A stretch of 23,852 bases of DNA. Source: Candidatus Hermodarchaeota archaeon (GTDB taxonomy: Archaea; Asgardarchaeota; Hermodarchaeia; Hermodarchaeales; Hermodarchaeaceae). The position numbers were made by a program, and so were the translations under genes. Below, one piece after another: positions 16,163 through 23,852 of this stretch. The stretch lies in NCBI GenBank assembly GCA_016840065.1, contig JAEOTB010000003.1, positions 1 to 23,852 on the forward strand. The letters run 5' to 3'. The notes under the pieces are model-generated. The model had not been told where the DNA came from. It was given only the letters and a program-made list of their open reading frames with translations, and searched no databases. Each line of letters begins with the position of its first letter. The stretch's first letter is position 1.

Positions 16163-16714
16163 CTATCTTTTTGTCAAGTGAATCTCCAAGATTCCGTTTG
16201 CACAAGTGAATTTGGTGACCTCACGCTGACAAGGTGCGGGGAGGTCAATGGTCTTGAAGTATTTCCGTTTTAGTGTATCGACGCGAATCGTTACCTGGGT
16301 TTCAGTGATTTTTACCTGTATGTCCTCTTTTCGAACGCCCGGTAATTCTGCTACGATTATGGTTTCTCCGTCTTGTTCCATGACTTCAATTAATGGCTCT
16401 CTTTCGTCTTTCACCGACGGCGTTGAGCCTTCAGTACTAAGGTTACCGAAGGGATTCATTCGAACTCGTCCTTCTGGGTCTACGGTTACAGAGAAGCCCA
16501 AAATCATTGGATTCTCTTGAAGTCCTCGAAGGATTTCCTCAATCGATTCAGGGTCCGAACCGAAAATATCCTCTGATGTTGTGCTGCCAAGCCTTTTCAT
16601 TAACTCTTCAATCATTCGTTTCACTCCCTCAAACTGGTTCTGGAAGAGTTCATCCTCCCAGAAGGGAGGAAGCTTCTTTCTACGTTTTTCATCCCCAGGC
16701 AACACATTCACCAT
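16163..16714 (-). CDS. hsp20: Archaeal small heat shock protein Hsp20 (alpha-crystallin domain); start may be TTG 16702
   Basis: GFSVTVDPEG..PFGN, REPLIEV, AELPGVRKEDI and NGILEI motifs. Confidence 0.93.
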   Translation of the reverse strand: MVNVLPGDEKRRKKLPPFWEDELFQNQFEGVKRMIEELMKRLGSTTSEDIFGSDPESIEEILRGLQENPMILGFSVTVDPEGRVRMNPFGNLSTEGSTPSVKDEREPLIEVMEQDGETIIVAELPGVRKEDIQVKITETQVTIRVDTLKRKYFKTIDLPAPCQREVTKFTCANGILEIHLTKR

Positions 16715-16737
16715 GATTAGCAGTAAACCCGCATACT

Positions 16738-17232
16738 TTAAGTCATTCTTTTTAGCAGCGCATTAATTTCAGACCCACGATATCCCAGTGCACCCTTATT
16801 CCTGTAGGGACGTTTTATGCTCCCCCGAAAGCCCTTCGAAGGGGGATGCAAACGAAACACTTTCTTAAGTTTTGGAATTTCAGCGAGTTCTGCTTTGAAG
16901 GCGAGGAGTGAGGAGGCAAAGTCTTCAACGCTCTTGTACTTCGTTCTCCTCGTCACGTATTCTTCTGTGAGTCGGCGATTGCCTTCAAGGCGACCGCGCT
17001 TTTGTAGGAGACGTGTGAGAGCAGGAGCATCTAGTTCACCCCATGTAATCGCGTCTTTAGCCTTCTGCAGCATCCCCAAGTACGAGGGTCTCTTGTCGAT
17101 GATAACAGCGTGGTTTATACGAGAGAGGTTAAGTGTTAGTAGTGTCTCCTTAACGTCTTCTTGTAGACCAATACTACTTCGTAAACGGATAACAGCAATT
17201 CGAGCATTTTCACTGGCTTTTCTCTTTGGCAC
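16738..17232 (-). CDS. rpl30: 50S ribosomal protein uL30 (long archaeal form)
   Basis: AVIRLR, GMLQKAKDAITWGE, FRLHPPSKGF and GALGYRG motifs. Confidence 0.97.
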   Translation of the reverse strand: MPKRKASENARIAVIRLRSSIGLQEDVKETLLTLNLSRINHAVIIDKRPSYLGMLQKAKDAITWGELDAPALTRLLQKRGRLEGNRRLTEEYVTRRTKYKSVEDFASSLLAFKAELAEIPKLKKVFRLHPPSKGFRGSIKRPYRNKGALGYRGSEINALLKRMT

Positions 17233-17233
17233 C

Positions 17234-17896
17234 TTATTCTGACCCCCTGGTCCAATCCTGAGGTGACATCACTCTGTGGCTTTGTCTTAACGCTTCATAG
17301 ACAGCGTGAGCAAAGTTCAGAGTAGTTCGAGTGTTACCACGGGTCCTCGACCAAATATCTTGAATACCGGCCAAACGGAGTACAACCTTGATTGTATCCG
17401 CAGCCACAAGACCAACGCCCTTAGGGGCAGGTATTAGGGTCACTCTGACGCTCCCCGTTTTCCCATCTACCCTAAAGGGAACTGAGTGAGGATCACGACA
17501 ACCGCACTCCCAAGACCCGCACCCTCGTCGAACTGGGGTTATATTGATCTTTGCCCGGAGAATCGCCTTTCGGATAGCAGGTCCAATTTCAGTAGCCTTG
17601 CCTTCACCAATGCCAACATACCCTGCATCGGTTCCAACGATTACGGTAGCCTTGAAGCGGGATTTCTCGCCAGCATCTGTCTGTTTTTGTACCAGATTAA
17701 TATCAATTACTTCTTCTTGTAAACCGGGAAGCAGCACATCAATTATCTGGGGCTCCCTTATCGGAAGTCCCAACTGAAAGAGATCTTCTATGCTACTTAT
17801 TTGACCTTCCTTAACCATATGTCCGACGTTTGTAACAGGCTCCCACTCATCAATTGCGAAGGGTTGACTCGGTCTCGGTCTGCGGCGTCTACTCAT
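17234..17896 (-). CDS. rps5: 30S ribosomal protein uS5
   Basis: QKQTDAGE, RRGCGSWECGC and PAPKGVGLVA motifs. Confidence 0.98.
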   Translation of the reverse strand: MSRRRRPRPSQPFAIDEWEPVTNVGHMVKEGQISSIEDLFQLGLPIREPQIIDVLLPGLQEEVIDINLVQKQTDAGEKSRFKATVIVGTDAGYVGIGEGKATEIGPAIRKAILRAKINITPVRRGCGSWECGCRDPHSVPFRVDGKTGSVRVTLIPAPKGVGLVAADTIKVVLRLAGIQDIWSRTRGNTRTTLNFAHAVYEALRQSHRVMSPQDWTRGSE

Positions 17897-18498
17897 TTGG
17901 TTGACCTCCGTCGTGGTGACGAACCGATTTTTGATTTTGTTTTTTCAAACATTGCAGGAATTTGAGTGATATCGACACGGCCCTTAGCAACCTTTCCAAA
18001 TTGGCGTTTGAAGGTTTCAGGAGCGTTGTCGCTAAGATCCTTGGCATATGCTGCGATATGTTCCCCACGGATTCGTTTCTCTGACGGGAACATCTCCTCT
18101 GAACAGGGAATATCAAGCCCAGCATCAATTGCACCTTTTACTGCAGCGAAGACTCGTCCCCCAGAAATAGGTTTGGACAACCCGATGTCCACAATAGCAG
18201 ATGAGACACCGTTGTTAAGCGACAAATGTCCTGTGAGGTATCCTGCCAGATATGCAGCGGGAATATTCTTGACTCCTCCACGCCATCCAAGTTTCTTCAG
18301 TTGACTCGAGTCAGCGGCAGCAATAGTGCGGTCACCTTGTGGTAATGCTTGCATTATCTGCACAAGGATACGCTTGCCAGTGCACCTGACAACTAGACGA
18401 TGCTTATTTGATCTAATCATACGGCGTCTAGCGTGATAATCAGTCTTGCCTTGATGCCGACGCCGGAATACAACTTTATATCGGGGTCCTGTTGCCAT
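17893..18498 (-). CDS. rpl18: 50S ribosomal protein uL18
   Basis: MATGPRYKV.FRRR..GKTDY and AAYLAG motifs. Confidence 0.98.
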   Translation of the reverse strand: MATGPRYKVVFRRRHQGKTDYHARRRMIRSNKHRLVVRCTGKRILVQIMQALPQGDRTIAAADSSQLKKLGWRGGVKNIPAAYLAGYLTGHLSLNNGVSSAIVDIGLSKPISGGRVFAAVKGAIDAGLDIPCSEEMFPSEKRIRGEHIAAYAKDLSDNAPETFKRQFGKVAKGRVDITQIPAMFEKTKSKIGSSPRRRSTK

Positions 18499-18501
18499 AA
18501 T

Positions 18502-18951
18502 TTATCGCCTTTTCATTTTATTTTCCTTTATGTAGTGATCTACTCGGCGGATAGAGTCGAACATACCACCCTTTGCCAGTAGATAGAGCCGCCGATAATC
18601 CCGAGGTTTAATTACACGACGGGCTCTGAGTTTCTTAAGATGACGCCGTATGGCGCGAATCCTTATCATCCATCGTTCCTTACGAGAAAGAGATGCGGTA
18701 CTTCTTCCCTCACGACTCCCGAATCCGCGACGAAGCCCTCGCTTCCGCTTCTGGTGGAGCAGTTTTGCCCTACCACGACTAACACCTAAGGCTTGGGCTC
18801 TTCTGATAGCCCCTTCACGGACAAGGCGACGGATATCATCGCGGCGAATCGCCATAGCAACGTCGTCGACCCTGTTGGGATCAATCCAGATGCGGTTTTG
18901 ACCAACTTTCAGCACTCTTGCCGCTAATCTTCTTTGTGGACGTAGATCCAT
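18502..18951 (-). CDS. rpl19e: 50S ribosomal protein eL19
   Basis: QRRLAARVLKVG, RIWIDP and YLLAKGG motifs. Confidence 0.98.
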   Translation of the reverse strand: MDLRPQRRLAARVLKVGQNRIWIDPNRVDDVAMAIRRDDIRRLVREGAIRRAQALGVSRGRAKLLHQKRKRGLRRGFGSREGRSTASLSRKERWMIRIRAIRRHLKKLRARRVIKPRDYRRLYLLAKGGMFDSIRRVDHYIKENKMKRR

Positions 18952-18967
18952 AAATCATCACCTGTTC

Positions 18968-19414
18968 TCAAAGTTCCTCTCCGGGTTTTGATAGAATGTC
19001 TTCGATAACGCGAGTCTTCAACCGTGGATTCAATACACGCAGCCCAAGCTCATCAGCTCGGTCTAGGATGTCAATTCTCTTTCGATCTCCAACACGACGT
19101 GCAATCCGAACAGCATTGAATTTCGGGTGTAACCCTTCCAGCTGATCGCGGTTATAAACAAGAACTTCCTGTAGACCTGAGGGATGGATGTTACGCAGCT
19201 TGGCAGGAGTACGATAGCCAACTGAGGGCATTACGGGATAACCCTTGTGTTTCTTTCGAACCTTCGAATCAATTCCCTTTGGACGTCGCCAGCTAGTATC
19301 AAGTCGCTTGTACCTCGAACTCTCAGGACGCACAAACCTTGGCATTCGAGATTTTTCCCGGCGTTTACGTAACAATACCTGCTTCAACTTCTTCAAGCGC
19401 TTACTCATCTTCAT
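18968..19414 (-). CDS. rpl32e: 50S ribosomal protein eL32
   Basis: WRRPKGIDSKVR, GYRTP and HPSG motifs. Confidence 0.98.
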   Translation of the reverse strand: MKMSKRLKKLKQVLLRKRREKSRMPRFVRPESSRYKRLDTSWRRPKGIDSKVRKKHKGYPVMPSVGYRTPAKLRNIHPSGLQEVLVYNRDQLEGLHPKFNAVRIARRVGDRKRIDILDRADELGLRVLNPRLKTRVIEDILSKPGEEL

Positions 19415-19435
19415 TCATAATCCACTCCATTCAAC

Positions 19436-19999
19436 CTATATTCTCCACGAACGCTCACCAATTTGTTTCTCGAAGACGTAAATTCCGTCATGAAATTTCC
19501 TTGGGTCTTTTCTTCGGAGCCGGGTTGAACGCTGAATGTTTGCAGCTGTCTGTGCAACTCGTTCAATTTCGATTCCTTCAAGAATGATATCGTCACCCTT
19601 TATTTCCACTGAAACGCCTGGCAGAATCTTTGCTTTCCGAGCAGCCTTCTCGCCGTAAAAGTTCTCAATAATTAGCATGTCGTTTGCGACCTTTACGTTA
19701 GGAGGAAAGTGCGCGAAGACAACTTTCATCTTGTATGTAACACCCACTGTAACGCCCAACATCATGTTCTTGATATGTGAAGTGATTGTACCCACAAGGG
19801 CGATCTGCCGACTTCGAGGATATTCAACAGAGATCCGAATTGTCTTGCCTTTGCACTGAATGTCCACATCAGCGTGAGTGAAGTCACGTACGATTTCTCC
19901 TTTTGGTCCACGGACGGTAACAACACTACCGTCAACTTGGACTTCTGTTCCCTCGAATACGGGTGTCGTTAGTTCGTAATGGGTTGTTTTTGGAGGCAT
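19436..19999 (-). CDS. rpl6: 50S ribosomal protein uL6
   Basis: GPKG, AHFP, NFYGEK and KDPRKFHDGIY motifs. Confidence 0.98.
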   Translation of the reverse strand: MPPKTTHYELTTPVFEGTEVQVDGSVVTVRGPKGEIVRDFTHADVDIQCKGKTIRISVEYPRSRQIALVGTITSHIKNMMLGVTVGVTYKMKVVFAHFPPNVKVANDMLIIENFYGEKAARKAKILPGVSVEIKGDDIILEGIEIERVAQTAANIQRSTRLRRKDPRKFHDGIYVFEKQIGERSWRI

Positions 20000-20019
20000 C
20001 TTGTATACTAACTCCTTTG

Positions 20020-20412
20020 CTAATAGATATAGGCGATTAGCCGCCCACCGTGACCCTGTTCAACAGCTTCTCTGTGGGTTAAGAAACCCTTTGGAGTTGA
20101 AACTATGAGGATTCCGAATTGTCTGGCTGGGAGATATCGTTTTTCCCAATATTCGAATTCATCACGCTTTACAGCGTAATGGGGTTTGATTACTCCGCAT
20201 TTATTTATTCGGCCTAGTAGTTCAACACGGAACATACCTGCTTTCCCGTCATCAATGAATTCGAACTCACCAATGTAACCTAGGCGCTGCATAATTCGTA
20301 ATGCTGCCCCAACTTTTTTCGAAGCAGGTCGAAGTATGACTTCACGTTTCCGTAGTAACTCGTGATTCATTATATTTGAGTAAGCATCTGCGAGTGGATC
20401 TGATACGGTCAT
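20020..20412 (-). CDS. rps8: 30S ribosomal protein uS8
   Basis: [22 protein letters not shown] and GGRLIAY motifs. Confidence 0.98.
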   Translation of the reverse strand: MTVSDPLADAYSNIMNHELLRKREVILRPASKKVGAALRIMQRLGYIGEFEFIDDGKAGMFRVELLGRINKCGVIKPHYAVKRDEFEYWEKRYLPARQFGILIVSTPKGFLTHREAVEQGHGGRLIAYIY

Positions 20413-20427
20413 TTCTTTATACCTCTT

Positions 20428-20577
20428 CTAGTTGAACTTCCTGAAGCCCAGTCGTTCTGCTACCTCGCGGAAGCATCGCCGACAGAGCATGATTTTATAG
20501 CTTCGAATGATAGCGCGGTGGGTCCCACACCGCCGACATGTGCGGCTGCCTTTTCCTTGACCCTTCTCTCTCGACAT
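20428..20577 (-). CDS. rps14: 30S ribosomal protein uS14 (Zn-binding, 49 aa)
   Basis: Not in the ORF track. Manual translation: MSREKGQGKGSRTCRRCGTHRAIIRSYKIMLCRRCFREVAERLGFRKFN. Confidence 0.96.
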   Translation of the reverse strand: MSREKGQGKGSRTCRRCGTHRAIIRSYKIMLCRRCFREVAERLGFRKFN

Positions 20578-20578
20578 A

Positions 20579-21247
20579 TTATTCTTCCTCCTCTTCTCCG
20601 GGTATGGTGAACTTCACACCAAGCTCCCGTGTTAATAATCCCATAGCTGTCTCCTTGGGAACTCTGTGACGACGAGGGATTCGATGGCGAGTTCGTCGCC
20701 TACGCTTTATGCGATGACCTGGTCTTTCTGTACACACACAGACATCCATCCCAAATATCCCTAAATCAGGGTCATATTTGGTACCAGGAATTTGGATGTG
20801 CTCAGAGATACCGAATGATACGTTTCCTCCGTGGTCTACTGAGGAGACTGGAAGTTGGTGGTCCTTGACATCGAGCGCGCGTTTAGCGAAATCAATGGCT
20901 TGTTGACCACGTAATGTGACTTTGCAACCCATTGGTTCACCCTTGCGCAACCCAAAATCCCGGTTGTGGGACCTCGCTAGCACATCTACTGGTTTCTGTT
21001 TAGTGAGTGATTCCAAGACAGTTTTTGCTTTTGCAAGAACCTCGCCACCAGCACCTAAAGACATATTCACCACCACTTTTGCGATGAAAGGGCGACGCAT
21101 CACATTGTCTTTTTTGAGTTTGGGCTTGGTTTCCTTGGGCTTAGCCTTGGGCTTAGCCTTGGGCTTAGCCTTGGGCTTAGCTGCCGCCTTTGTGGTAGTG
21201 CGACGTCTTCTTGTCTTTGGTTTTTCTTCAGTCTTGCTGCTAGGCAT
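20579..21247 (-). CDS. rpl5: 50S ribosomal protein uL5 with a basic N-terminal extension and an acidic tail
   Basis: KVVVNM, FGLRKGEP, KVTLRG and YDPDLGIFGMD motifs. Confidence 0.98.
   Translation of the reverse strand: MPSSKTEEKPKTRRRRTTTKAAAKPKAKPKAKPKAKPKETKPKLKKDNVMRRPFIAKVVVNMSLGAGGEVLAKAKTVLESLTKQKPVDVLARSHNRDFGLRKGEPMGCKVTLRGQQAIDFAKRALDVKDHQLPVSSVDHGGNVSFGISEHIQIPGTKYDPDLGIFGMDVCVCTERPGHRIKRRRRTRHRIPRRHRVPKETAMGLLTRELGVKFTIPGEEEEE
21133..21180. repeat. Perfect 12-nt tandem repeat x4 (CCTTGGGCTTAG) encoding (AKPK)4 in uL5
   Basis: Four exact adjacent copies read directly from the sequence. Confidence 0.97.
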
Positions 21248-21249
21248 AA

Positions 21250-21990
21250 CTAGCTGACCTCCGGTAGCGAAATAAGCGGTTTATCTTCACCAATAGCAAA
21301 GACGTATCGCAAGGCAGTTTGGAATGTTGTTCCATCGGCTCCCTTTATTGTACCAAGTTTTATCTCAGAATCAATTTTTTCAAGAATCCCTACAAAGCCT
21401 TTGTGTACACCGCCTGTTATTATTGCAGTAACTCCTTCCTTGAGGGGTACATGAGTTTGAATACTCTGTTTAGGGATTGTGATGAGTAGGGTGTCGCCGC
21501 TGTTGTATTCCTGTTCTGGTTTAGCTTTAGGATCTTTTACAGGAATGAGGATGTTCCGACCATCGTGTAGATGTAATTGTATATTGCCTTTGGCAACAGT
21601 GGTCTTCCCTACGATTTTACAAAGCTTGATGCCAACCTCGCCTTTAGGTATAGAATGAATTGCCAGGAGGTGTTGGGAAGATGGCACCATACGGTAACGT
21701 ACCTTGATTTCAGGGATTTCAATAACGTCCATTAGCCCAACAGGAAGTTTGTAGTTCTTTCGTACAAGACCATCAACTTTGACAGCACCACGCGCGATTA
21801 CCTGGCGAGTTTCTTTCGAAGTTGTTGTGAGACTAAGCATATCCCTAACTATAACCGCAAGAGGAACACTTTCTTCTAAGGAGTGACTACCTGGACTAGG
21901 TCGGATAGTGAAAGGATGCTCCTTTCGCCGGATTTGCCAGTGACCTGGAGCCGCCAATCGTTTCAGATGTTTTCTGGATCCCTTTGGCAT
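21250..21990 (-). CDS. rps4e: 30S ribosomal protein eS4
   Basis: KHLKRLAAP, VDGLVR, PVGLMDVI and LHDGRNI motifs. Confidence 0.98.
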   Translation of the reverse strand: MPKGSRKHLKRLAAPGHWQIRRKEHPFTIRPSPGSHSLEESVPLAVIVRDMLSLTTTSKETRQVIARGAVKVDGLVRKNYKLPVGLMDVIEIPEIKVRYRMVPSSQHLLAIHSIPKGEVGIKLCKIVGKTTVAKGNIQLHLHDGRNILIPVKDPKAKPEQEYNSGDTLLITIPKQSIQTHVPLKEGVTAIITGGVHKGFVGILEKIDSEIKLGTIKGADGTTFQTALRYVFAIGEDKPLISLPEVS

Positions 21991-22015
21991 CTATAAGCAC
22001 CTTGTTTCATTTTTT

Positions 22016-22387
22016 TCATTCTTGAGCCCCAGCTACCTTTCGATCGATAATAGCTTGACGTGTTTTATCCAATTTAGCTAATTTCGTGATGAGCACATTG
22101 CAAGGGGGAATAGGAAAAGGAACAGCGGAGCCATCGACCTTATCAATAGTGATATTTTCAACATGAATACGCACAGTTTTCATATCTACTTTCAATACAG
22201 TTCCTTCTGAATCTCGAAACGCGCCACGACAGACAAGGACAGTATCACCCTTATGAACAGGCAGGTTGCGTATTCCATATTTCTCAGCCAGATCTGGAGC
22301 CAAGCGAGCACTAAAGAGTTTGTGTCGTCGATGCCAAGGCATTGTGTAAAGCCGTTTCCTCTGTTTACTGGGTTTTCGTGTAACCAT
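22016..22387 (-). CDS. rpl24: 50S ribosomal protein uL24
   Basis: KPSKQRK and PVHKGDTV (KOW) motifs. Confidence 0.97.
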   Translation of the reverse strand: MVTRKPSKQRKRLYTMPWHRRHKLFSARLAPDLAEKYGIRNLPVHKGDTVLVCRGAFRDSEGTVLKVDMKTVRIHVENITIDKVDGSAVPFPIPPCNVLITKLAKLDKTRQAIIDRKVAGAQE

Positions 22388-22400
22388 TTGATTTTCTCTC

Positions 22401-22823
22401 CTACACTATAATACTAGCAACGCTTGCTACTCTGGGCCACCTTTCTGCAGCTTCACGAGCAATAGGCCCTCGAATCTCCGAGCCCTGTGGATCACCTGTT
22501 TCTGAAGTAATTACGACAGCGTTATCTTCAAAGCGAATCCATTGACCACTCACTCGCCGGTAAGGTCTGCGTTGGCGAACAATAATTGCCCGAAGAACTT
22601 GGCGTCGCATTTTTTCCGAGCCTACTTTGCAAGAGACTACAATCATATCAGCGACACTAGCGGCAGGTTGTCGCCGTAATCTCCCTTGCCATCCAATAAC
22701 GGCAATCAGTTCTACGATTTTTGCACCACTATTGTCTGCGACGGTAAGCCGGGCACCAGTTGGGAGTCCCCGGCATATACGATGTACAGATATTCCGCGT
22801 CCTTTGCCTCCTCTTTTAGACAC
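22401..22823 (-). CDS. rpl14: 50S ribosomal protein uL14
   Basis: [22 protein letters not shown] and GPIAREAA motifs. Confidence 0.98.
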   Translation of the reverse strand: MSKRGGKGRGISVHRICRGLPTGARLTVADNSGAKIVELIAVIGWQGRLRRQPAASVADMIVVSCKVGSEKMRRQVLRAIIVRQRRPYRRVSGQWIRFEDNAVVITSETGDPQGSEIRGPIAREAAERWPRVASVASIIV

Positions 22824-23166
22824 TCTCTTTTTCCTCCTGAGATTTTGTACGCTCTACCACTACAAAAGCAACGGTTTTGCTGAGCGGTCGGCACTCTGCA
22901 ATCTTTACTATGTCTCCAGCCTCTACTTGGATGCAGGGTGGAAGATGGGCTGATGTCATGGAGTGGCATCGAGCGTATCGACGGTATTTGTTTACAAACC
23001 TCAAATATTCCCTTCGGATTGTGATTGTGCCCTTCATTCTTGTGCCTGCTACTTTACCAGTTAACACACGACCCCTAACTGGTAGAGTGCCATGGAAAGG
23101 ACACCGTGGGTCTTGACATTCACGTTCCGGTGGAGTTACTTTGAGCCCTATGTTATTTGCTGTCAT
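22816..23166 (-). CDS. rps17: 30S ribosomal protein uS17
   Basis: [10 protein letters not shown] and ECRPLSKT motifs. Confidence 0.98.
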   Translation of the reverse strand: MTANNIGLKVTPPERECQDPRCPFHGTLPVRGRVLTGKVAGTRMKGTITIRREYLRFVNKYRRYARCHSMTSAHLPPCIQVEAGDIVKIAECRPLSKTVAFVVVERTKSQEEKESV

Positions 23167-23435
23167 CGTTGTCTTTTCGACCTCCTTATGCGTTCCGCAG
23201 GGTGACCGATGGTTGTTTTGCCATTCACCTGGAGCGTTCGTCCATTCGGAAGAGTAACCTCAAGAATTGCTACATCTTTTGGAATGATTATACTTCGGGC
23301 ACCGTCAGATAATGTGAGTGTACCGTGGGTTTCATTGACAACCCTGCCGGCTTTGTTACTATGACTAGAATTGGTTGATTGCACAATCTTAACTTGGAGC
23401 CCGATAAGAGGGCAAATTGCTAGGTTGTTACGCAT
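23163..23435 (-). CDS. rnp1: Ribonuclease P protein component 1 (Rpp29/Pop4)
   Basis: [18 protein letters not shown] and G..IGHPAERI motifs; conserved position. Confidence 0.9.
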   Translation of the reverse strand: MRNNLAICPLIGLQVKIVQSTNSSHSNKAGRVVNETHGTLTLSDGARSIIIPKDVAILEVTLPNGRTLQVNGKTTIGHPAERIRRSKRQR

Positions 23436-23438
23436 TTT

Positions 23439-23681
23439 CTAGTCACCACCGCTCTCTTCTTCTGGTGTTTCTTCTGTGATCTGAGTGCTTTGCTCATTCA
23501 TGTAAGTAAGAATACGTGCTATACTTCTACGAATAGCGCGAATCACACCTGGGTTTTCCATGCCAGCTCCAGACGCCATAGCTGCGCGTTGTTTTGCTAA
23601 TTCAGAGCGAAGCTCTACAAGTTTCCGCTCAATATCCTCTTGACTCATCTCACGGATTTCTGTCATCTTCAGGATTGCCAT
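23439..23681 (-). CDS. rpl29: 50S ribosomal protein uL29
   Basis: EIREMS, ENPG.IR.IRRSIARILT motifs. Confidence 0.97.
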   Translation of the reverse strand: MAILKMTEIREMSQEDIERKLVELRSELAKQRAAMASGAGMENPGVIRAIRRSIARILTYMNEQSTQITEETPEEESGGD

Positions 23682-23714
23682 CGTGCTTCGTCTCCTCTAC
23701 ATAATACCTCAGGT

Positions 23715-23852
23715 TTATTCTGATTTCTCCGTAGATTCAGCTTTCGCCTTTCTAGTCCGACGCTTACGCTTCGGCTTCTCCTCTACAGGCTCCTCCGCAG
23801 ATTCAGCTTTCGCCTTTCTAGTCCGACGCTTACGCTTCGGCTTCTCCTCTAC
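23715..23852 (-). CDS. rps3: C-terminal tail of an upstream gene, by synteny 30S ribosomal protein uS3 (partial)
   Basis: Open frame VEEKPKRKRRTRKAKAESAEEPVEEKPKRKRRTRKAKAESTEKSE*. Identity rests on gene order only. Confidence 0.7.
   Translation of the reverse strand, partial: VEEKPKRKRRTRKAKAESAEEPVEEKPKRKRRTRKAKAESTEKSE
23733..23852. repeat. 66-nt-period tandem repeat (54 nt identical: 23733-23786 and 23799-23852), may continue beyond the window
   Basis: Direct sequence identity. The period is a multiple of 3, giving a 22-aa unit. Confidence 0.95.

Noticed and set aside
17889-19596. Alternative-frame minus-strand ORFs (17889-18134, 19411-19596; also 3379-3594, 7059-7253, 8927-9163, 22712-22969)
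   Set aside because: They are nested in conserved genes, with no SD or domain signal.
533-23116. Numerous plus-strand ORFs of 60-166 aa (e.g. 533-1033, 4380-4808, 14587-15069, 16817-17242, 20916-21257)
   Set aside because: All are antisense shadows of well-conserved minus-strand genes, with no recognisable motifs.
23436-23438. Absence of sui1 (aIF1) between rpl29 and rnp1
   Set aside because: Its presence at this position is variable among archaea, so the absence is not informative.
23733-23852. Direct repeats resembling a CRISPR array
   Set aside because: A 54-nt repeat with only 12 nt between copies, an in-frame 66-nt period inside a CDS, and no cas genes.

Overview
This is archaeal core-genome DNA, and nearly every gene lies on the minus strand. 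In transcription order (right to left) it holds: the 3' end of rps3 and the S10/spc ribosomal protein cluster (uL29, Rpp29, uS17, uL14, uL24, eS4, uL5, uS14, uS8, uL6, eL32, eL19, uL18, uS5, uL30, an inserted Hsp20, uL15); secY, adk, a DUF106/EMC3-like insertase, cmk, eL14 and cbf5; an oppositely oriented, intron-containing tRNA-Ser(GGA); the alpha cluster (uS13, uS4, uS11, Rpo3, eL18, uL13, uS9, Rpo10, uS2); an Aeropyrum-type (archaeal) mevalonate cassette (MVK, UbiD-type AMPD, AcnX-type PMDh large and small subunits, Fni); and the start of rpl7ae. Gene content and the eukaryote-like uL14 N-terminus suggest a TACK/Asgard-type archaeon, but this is inference. I found no mobile element, CRISPR array or defence system. 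The best candidates for something new are: (1) kink-turn/anti-SD RNA leaders in front of rpl7ae and rpl14e-cbf5, plus a possible C/D sRNA; (2) an sHSP gene embedded in the spc operon, alongside basic repeat-expanded tails on several ribosomal proteins; (3) a trypanosomatid-like mevalonate kinase heading the MVA cassette; (4) a probable ACG start codon for cmk. All RNA folds were worked out by eye and none has been computed.
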